A stretch of DNA of 32,000 nucleotides from Ktedonobacterales bacterium (GTDB lineage Bacteria > Chloroflexota > Ktedonobacteria > Ktedonobacterales > JADMIN01). Every line of letters starts with the position of its first letter. Positions within the stretch are counted from its first letter, which is position 1. Both the position numbers and the translations under genes were made by a program. The notes below the pieces were generated by a model, which saw only the letters and a list, made by a program, of their open reading frames with translations, made no database searches and was not told the DNA's origin. The stretch is taken from contig CP126532.1 of the NCBI GenBank assembly GCA_030167145.1, positions 1,560,001 through 1,592,000 of the forward strand, in the 5' to 3' direction. Positions 29,257 through 32,000 of the stretch are shown in pieces.

Positions 29257-30396
29257 ATGACGACTCCAGGGAATCCCGGTGATGGACAGGGTGGATCGGC
29301 GCTCGGGGGTGTAGCCGGGGCTTTCGCGAAAGAGGCAATTGCCGCCGCGCTGCCTCCAGAAGTGCAGGATCTGCTGAAGCCCGGCAAGACACCAGATCGC
29401 ATTCAGCGAGCGATTAGCTGGGCGGCGCAACTCGATCCCTCGGTGATGGCGGCGCATAGGTCACATGGCCATGCCGTCAAGACATTCCAGGACATCCGTG
29501 CCCTGAACCTAAAGGACATGGATCATGTCGCGCGGCACTTCGCGCGCAAGTACCGGCATCGTGCGGCGCTGACCGGCGCGGTGACGGGGTTGCCGGGCGG
29601 CCTGTGGGCTGTGGTGGCGGCGGGCGCGGATGTGCAGTTGACGGCGATCTATGCGGTGCGCATGGTATCGGATATCGCGCAGTCGTATGGCTATGACACC
29701 GGACTGATAGACGAGCAGACCCATCTCGCGGAAGTGCTGGCATTGGCCGCGGGGATAGATAGTCTGCGCGGCATCGGCAATATGCTGGCGCGCGAGGGCC
29801 TGAGCCGCCTGTTGCCAGAGGTGCTGCCCCGCTTGTTGATGCGGCTGAGCTTGAAGCTGACGGAGGAACAGGCGGCCAAGTGGATTGGACGCATCATTCC
29901 TGGCGTGGGCGCGGCGGTCGGCGGAGCGATTGACTATACCTTCCTGCGCGCGGCGGGCGAGCGGGCGATGGCGTACTACCACAACCGCTATCTAATCGAG
30001 CATGGGCTGCCAGCGGATAATAGTAAGCTGAGTGCGGCGTCGCGCGTCTTCACTGCGCTCGCGGAGCCGGGCGCGCCCGCGCAATTGCCAATGCCGGGGC
30101 AGCAGCCGAATATCGTGGAAGGCAGCATCGTCGCCCCTGGCTCGCACCAGTTGCCCGCGCCACAAGTTGGCGTACCACACCCAGCGACACCAGGAGAGGT
30201 GTTGCAGCGCATTCCCGCGCCGCACCCGAAGCACAAAGCGCCGGAACGGTTCGGTATCTACCTGGCGATCTTCGCCGTCTTCGCGCTCTTCGCGACCATC
30301 GCCGCCTGCGCCGCGCTCTACCTGATTCTCGCCGATGTGGTGAATAGCCTGCACCTGACGGGGATGCTCGCGGGGCTGCCGCTGCTTCTGAGGTAG
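29257..30396 (+). CDS. EcsC-family protein with Pro-rich linker and C-terminal TM anchor
   Basis: AALTGAVTGLPGGLWAVVAAGADVQLTAIYAVRMVSDIAQSYGYD and GRIIPGVGAAVGGAIDYTFL resemble the EcsC family core. C-terminal hydrophobic helix FGIYLAIFAVFALFATIAACAALYLIL. Confidence 0.65.
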   Translation: MTTPGNPGDGQGGSALGGVAGAFAKEAIAAALPPEVQDLLKPGKTPDRIQRAISWAAQLDPSVMAAHRSHGHAVKTFQDIRALNLKDMDHVARHFARKYRHRAALTGAVTGLPGGLWAVVAAGADVQLTAIYAVRMVSDIAQSYGYDTGLIDEQTHLAEVLALAAGIDSLRGIGNMLAREGLSRLLPEVLPRLLMRLSLKLTEEQAAKWIGRIIPGVGAAVGGAIDYTFLRAAGERAMAYYHNRYLIEHGLPADNSKLSAASRVFTALAEPGAPAQLPMPGQQPNIVEGSIVAPGSHQLPAPQVGVPHPATPGEVLQRIPAPHPKHKAPERFGIYLAIFAVFALFATIAACAALYLILADVVNSLHLTGMLAGLPLLLR

Positions 30397-30406
30397 AGAA
30401 GTACAG

Positions 30407-31471
30407 ATGGGCTTCTTGTCTGCCACATCATATTTGGTACTCGGCCTCTATCTCTACTCTCTGGGCCGCATCGGCTATGCTGCCTTCAAAGAGATGCGCA
30501 TGGGCCGGGGGCAACTGCGCGCGGTGAAGCTCAGCCCGACGAGTCTCGCGGATTGGACACGCTCGCTGCATACCTTGCAAGTGCTCAACCCAGAGCATGA
30601 TGCCGAGCCAGCACTGTGCCAGGAGTTGAGCCTCAATTGGATGCATGTGACTGGCAGCATGCACGTATCCGCGGCGTGGGGCGCGATTCTGGCATGCCTC
30701 GTCTCTATACCAGTCGCGCTGCTGACGGCATTGCCGTTGCTGGGCACGACTGGCCCCCTGCCCACCTTCACTTTGCTGCTGGTGGGAGTAACCAACGTGC
30801 TCTTGCTCGATGCGTTACGCACCTTGTTTGGAGCAATTCTTGGTTACACCGCTGGCTATCTGCGCGGCCTGTCGCGCCTGGAGCCATTCCCCAGCCAGAA
30901 GTCCGCGACCCCTGAAATCGCAACGCCGCACGTGAGCGATTATCGCGCGTCAGCGTTGGGGCTAGCGCCGGTGGCGATGCTCGTATTAGCGGTGGGAATC
31001 GCGGGCGTCTACGCTCCGTTTGGACTGTTGCCAGCAAGCGGAAATGTCATCTTCGCGCCACTGGAATCTGTCCAGAATGCCATGTTGGGCGTCTCGCTGA
31101 TATTCGCTGTGCTGGTGGTGATCGCAGGTGAGATAGCCATCCATCGGGTTGCGGTCTCCAGCCGTCGCCTCTTCATCTGGAGTCTGCCCATCGCGCAGCG
31201 CGCCGATGAGAAGTGGCGCGCGCTGGCTATCGGTAATCTGTTTGCCGCTGAGATACAGATGGCAGGTACGTTGCTGATCGCGCCTGCGCTGCTCATATTG
31301 CTCGTGCGCGTGTCAGGGTTATCGGGCACACAACTCATTGTGGTACTGTTCGCCTACTTCATCCTGACGATGCTGTCCACATCACTCGCGCGGGGTATTC
31401 TGAAGATGCACGGCAGGCTGGGTGGGCGGCTCACCGGCTGGCCTGCACGGAAACGCGGGCGCGCGGCATAG
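30407..31471 (+). CDS. Hypothetical polytopic membrane protein
   Basis: 10-nt gap after the EcsC-family gene. About 7 hydrophobic segments. No recognisable domain. Confidence 0.55.
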   Translation: MGFLSATSYLVLGLYLYSLGRIGYAAFKEMRMGRGQLRAVKLSPTSLADWTRSLHTLQVLNPEHDAEPALCQELSLNWMHVTGSMHVSAAWGAILACLVSIPVALLTALPLLGTTGPLPTFTLLLVGVTNVLLLDALRTLFGAILGYTAGYLRGLSRLEPFPSQKSATPEIATPHVSDYRASALGLAPVAMLVLAVGIAGVYAPFGLLPASGNVIFAPLESVQNAMLGVSLIFAVLVVIAGEIAIHRVAVSSRRLFIWSLPIAQRADEKWRALAIGNLFAAEIQMAGTLLIAPALLILLVRVSGLSGTQLIVVLFAYFILTMLSTSLARGILKMHGRLGGRLTGWPARKRGRAA

Positions 31472-31491
31472 CACTGCGGGGAAGTCGAGCG

Positions 31492-32000
31492 GATGGAAGA
31501 TACAGCCACAGCCTTTTTTGTAGCCATCATCATCGCGCTGTTCGTGATCTATGGCGTCGGCATCGCGTGGTTTGCATACGATCTGCGCCGCCCACTGAGC
31601 AATCATACCTTCCGGCGCTATCTCAAGAAGCTGGGGCTGCGAGACACTCTGGCGCAAGTCGGCAACCCGGAGACTCGCGAGTTGGAAACGCTCGTCACTG
31701 CCTGGCGGCGCGCGCATCATCGGATTTCCATAGGTGCGGGCATAGGCGGGCTGAGCTTCATGCTCTGCTCTTTGTCCATCGCGCTGACTCTACCCGTCTC
31801 AAACGTTGGATTGCTACCAGTGGCTTTCGCCCGCACTATACTGACCATTTACGTCTGTGTGTCCACAGGTTTCATTGGTTTGTCGATTGGCAGGGCCATT
31901 GCGACACACGCCGTGCTTCGCGCTATGCCACCAGTAGAGAGACGCGAGCCTGTGGAGATAACCCAACCGCCGATCATGAGCAACCCCAGGTCGCTATGGA
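31492..32000 (+). CDS. Hypothetical membrane protein, 3' end outside the window (absent from the ORF track because it has no stop)
   Basis: ATG at 31492. I read the frame to base 32000 and found no stop (MEDTATAFFVAIIIALFVIYGVGIAWFAYDL..). Hydrophobic segments. 20-nt gap after the previous gene. Confidence 0.45.

Overview
GC-rich bacterial chromosomal window, by eye roughly 60-65% GC. Gene content and repeat style look like Chloroflexota (Ktedonobacteria/Thermogemmatispora-like), but that is only a guess. All calls come from reading the ORF track and the sequence; no searches were run.

Gene layout, left to right:
- 3' part of a WD40-like propeller gene, then a small CxxC protein.
- A minus-strand block: four small membrane-protein genes, a P1B-type ATPase with a TPCP metal-site motif, and a membrane-anchored NirK-type copper nitrite reductase homologue.
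- A divergent form I aerobic CO dehydrogenase operon: coxM-coxS-coxL (AYRCSFR active-site loop), coxG, and an XdhC/CoxI chaperone fused to a YHS domain.
- A stand-alone TIR / cysteine-less FGE-sulfatase fusion gene.
- murC, an AI-2E family transporter, a lipoprotein and a membrane protein.
- A double PRC-barrel protein, an ABC-2 exporter pair, a GlcF-like Fe-S protein, murB and a SnoaL/DUF4440-like protein.
- A divergent cluster: a membrane-anchored C39-like papain-fold protein facing an EcsC-family protein plus two polytopic membrane proteins.

I saw no rRNA, tRNA, CRISPR array, transposase or integrase.

Most unusual features:
1. The TIR-FGS fusion gene.
2. Two large non-coding repeat mosaics (about 14990-15612 and 20162-21200) and several smaller ones. 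They are built from shared modules: a conserved CATGCTACACTACC box, stem-loops with a TTCA tetraloop that show compensatory changes, A-tract plus 9-nt doublets, and short tandem arrays.
3. The hairpin modules form G-U pairs on only one strand, which suggests they act as RNA.

Many long track ORFs are GC-rich shadow frames or upstream extensions. I trimmed starts using RBS position and ATGA overlaps.
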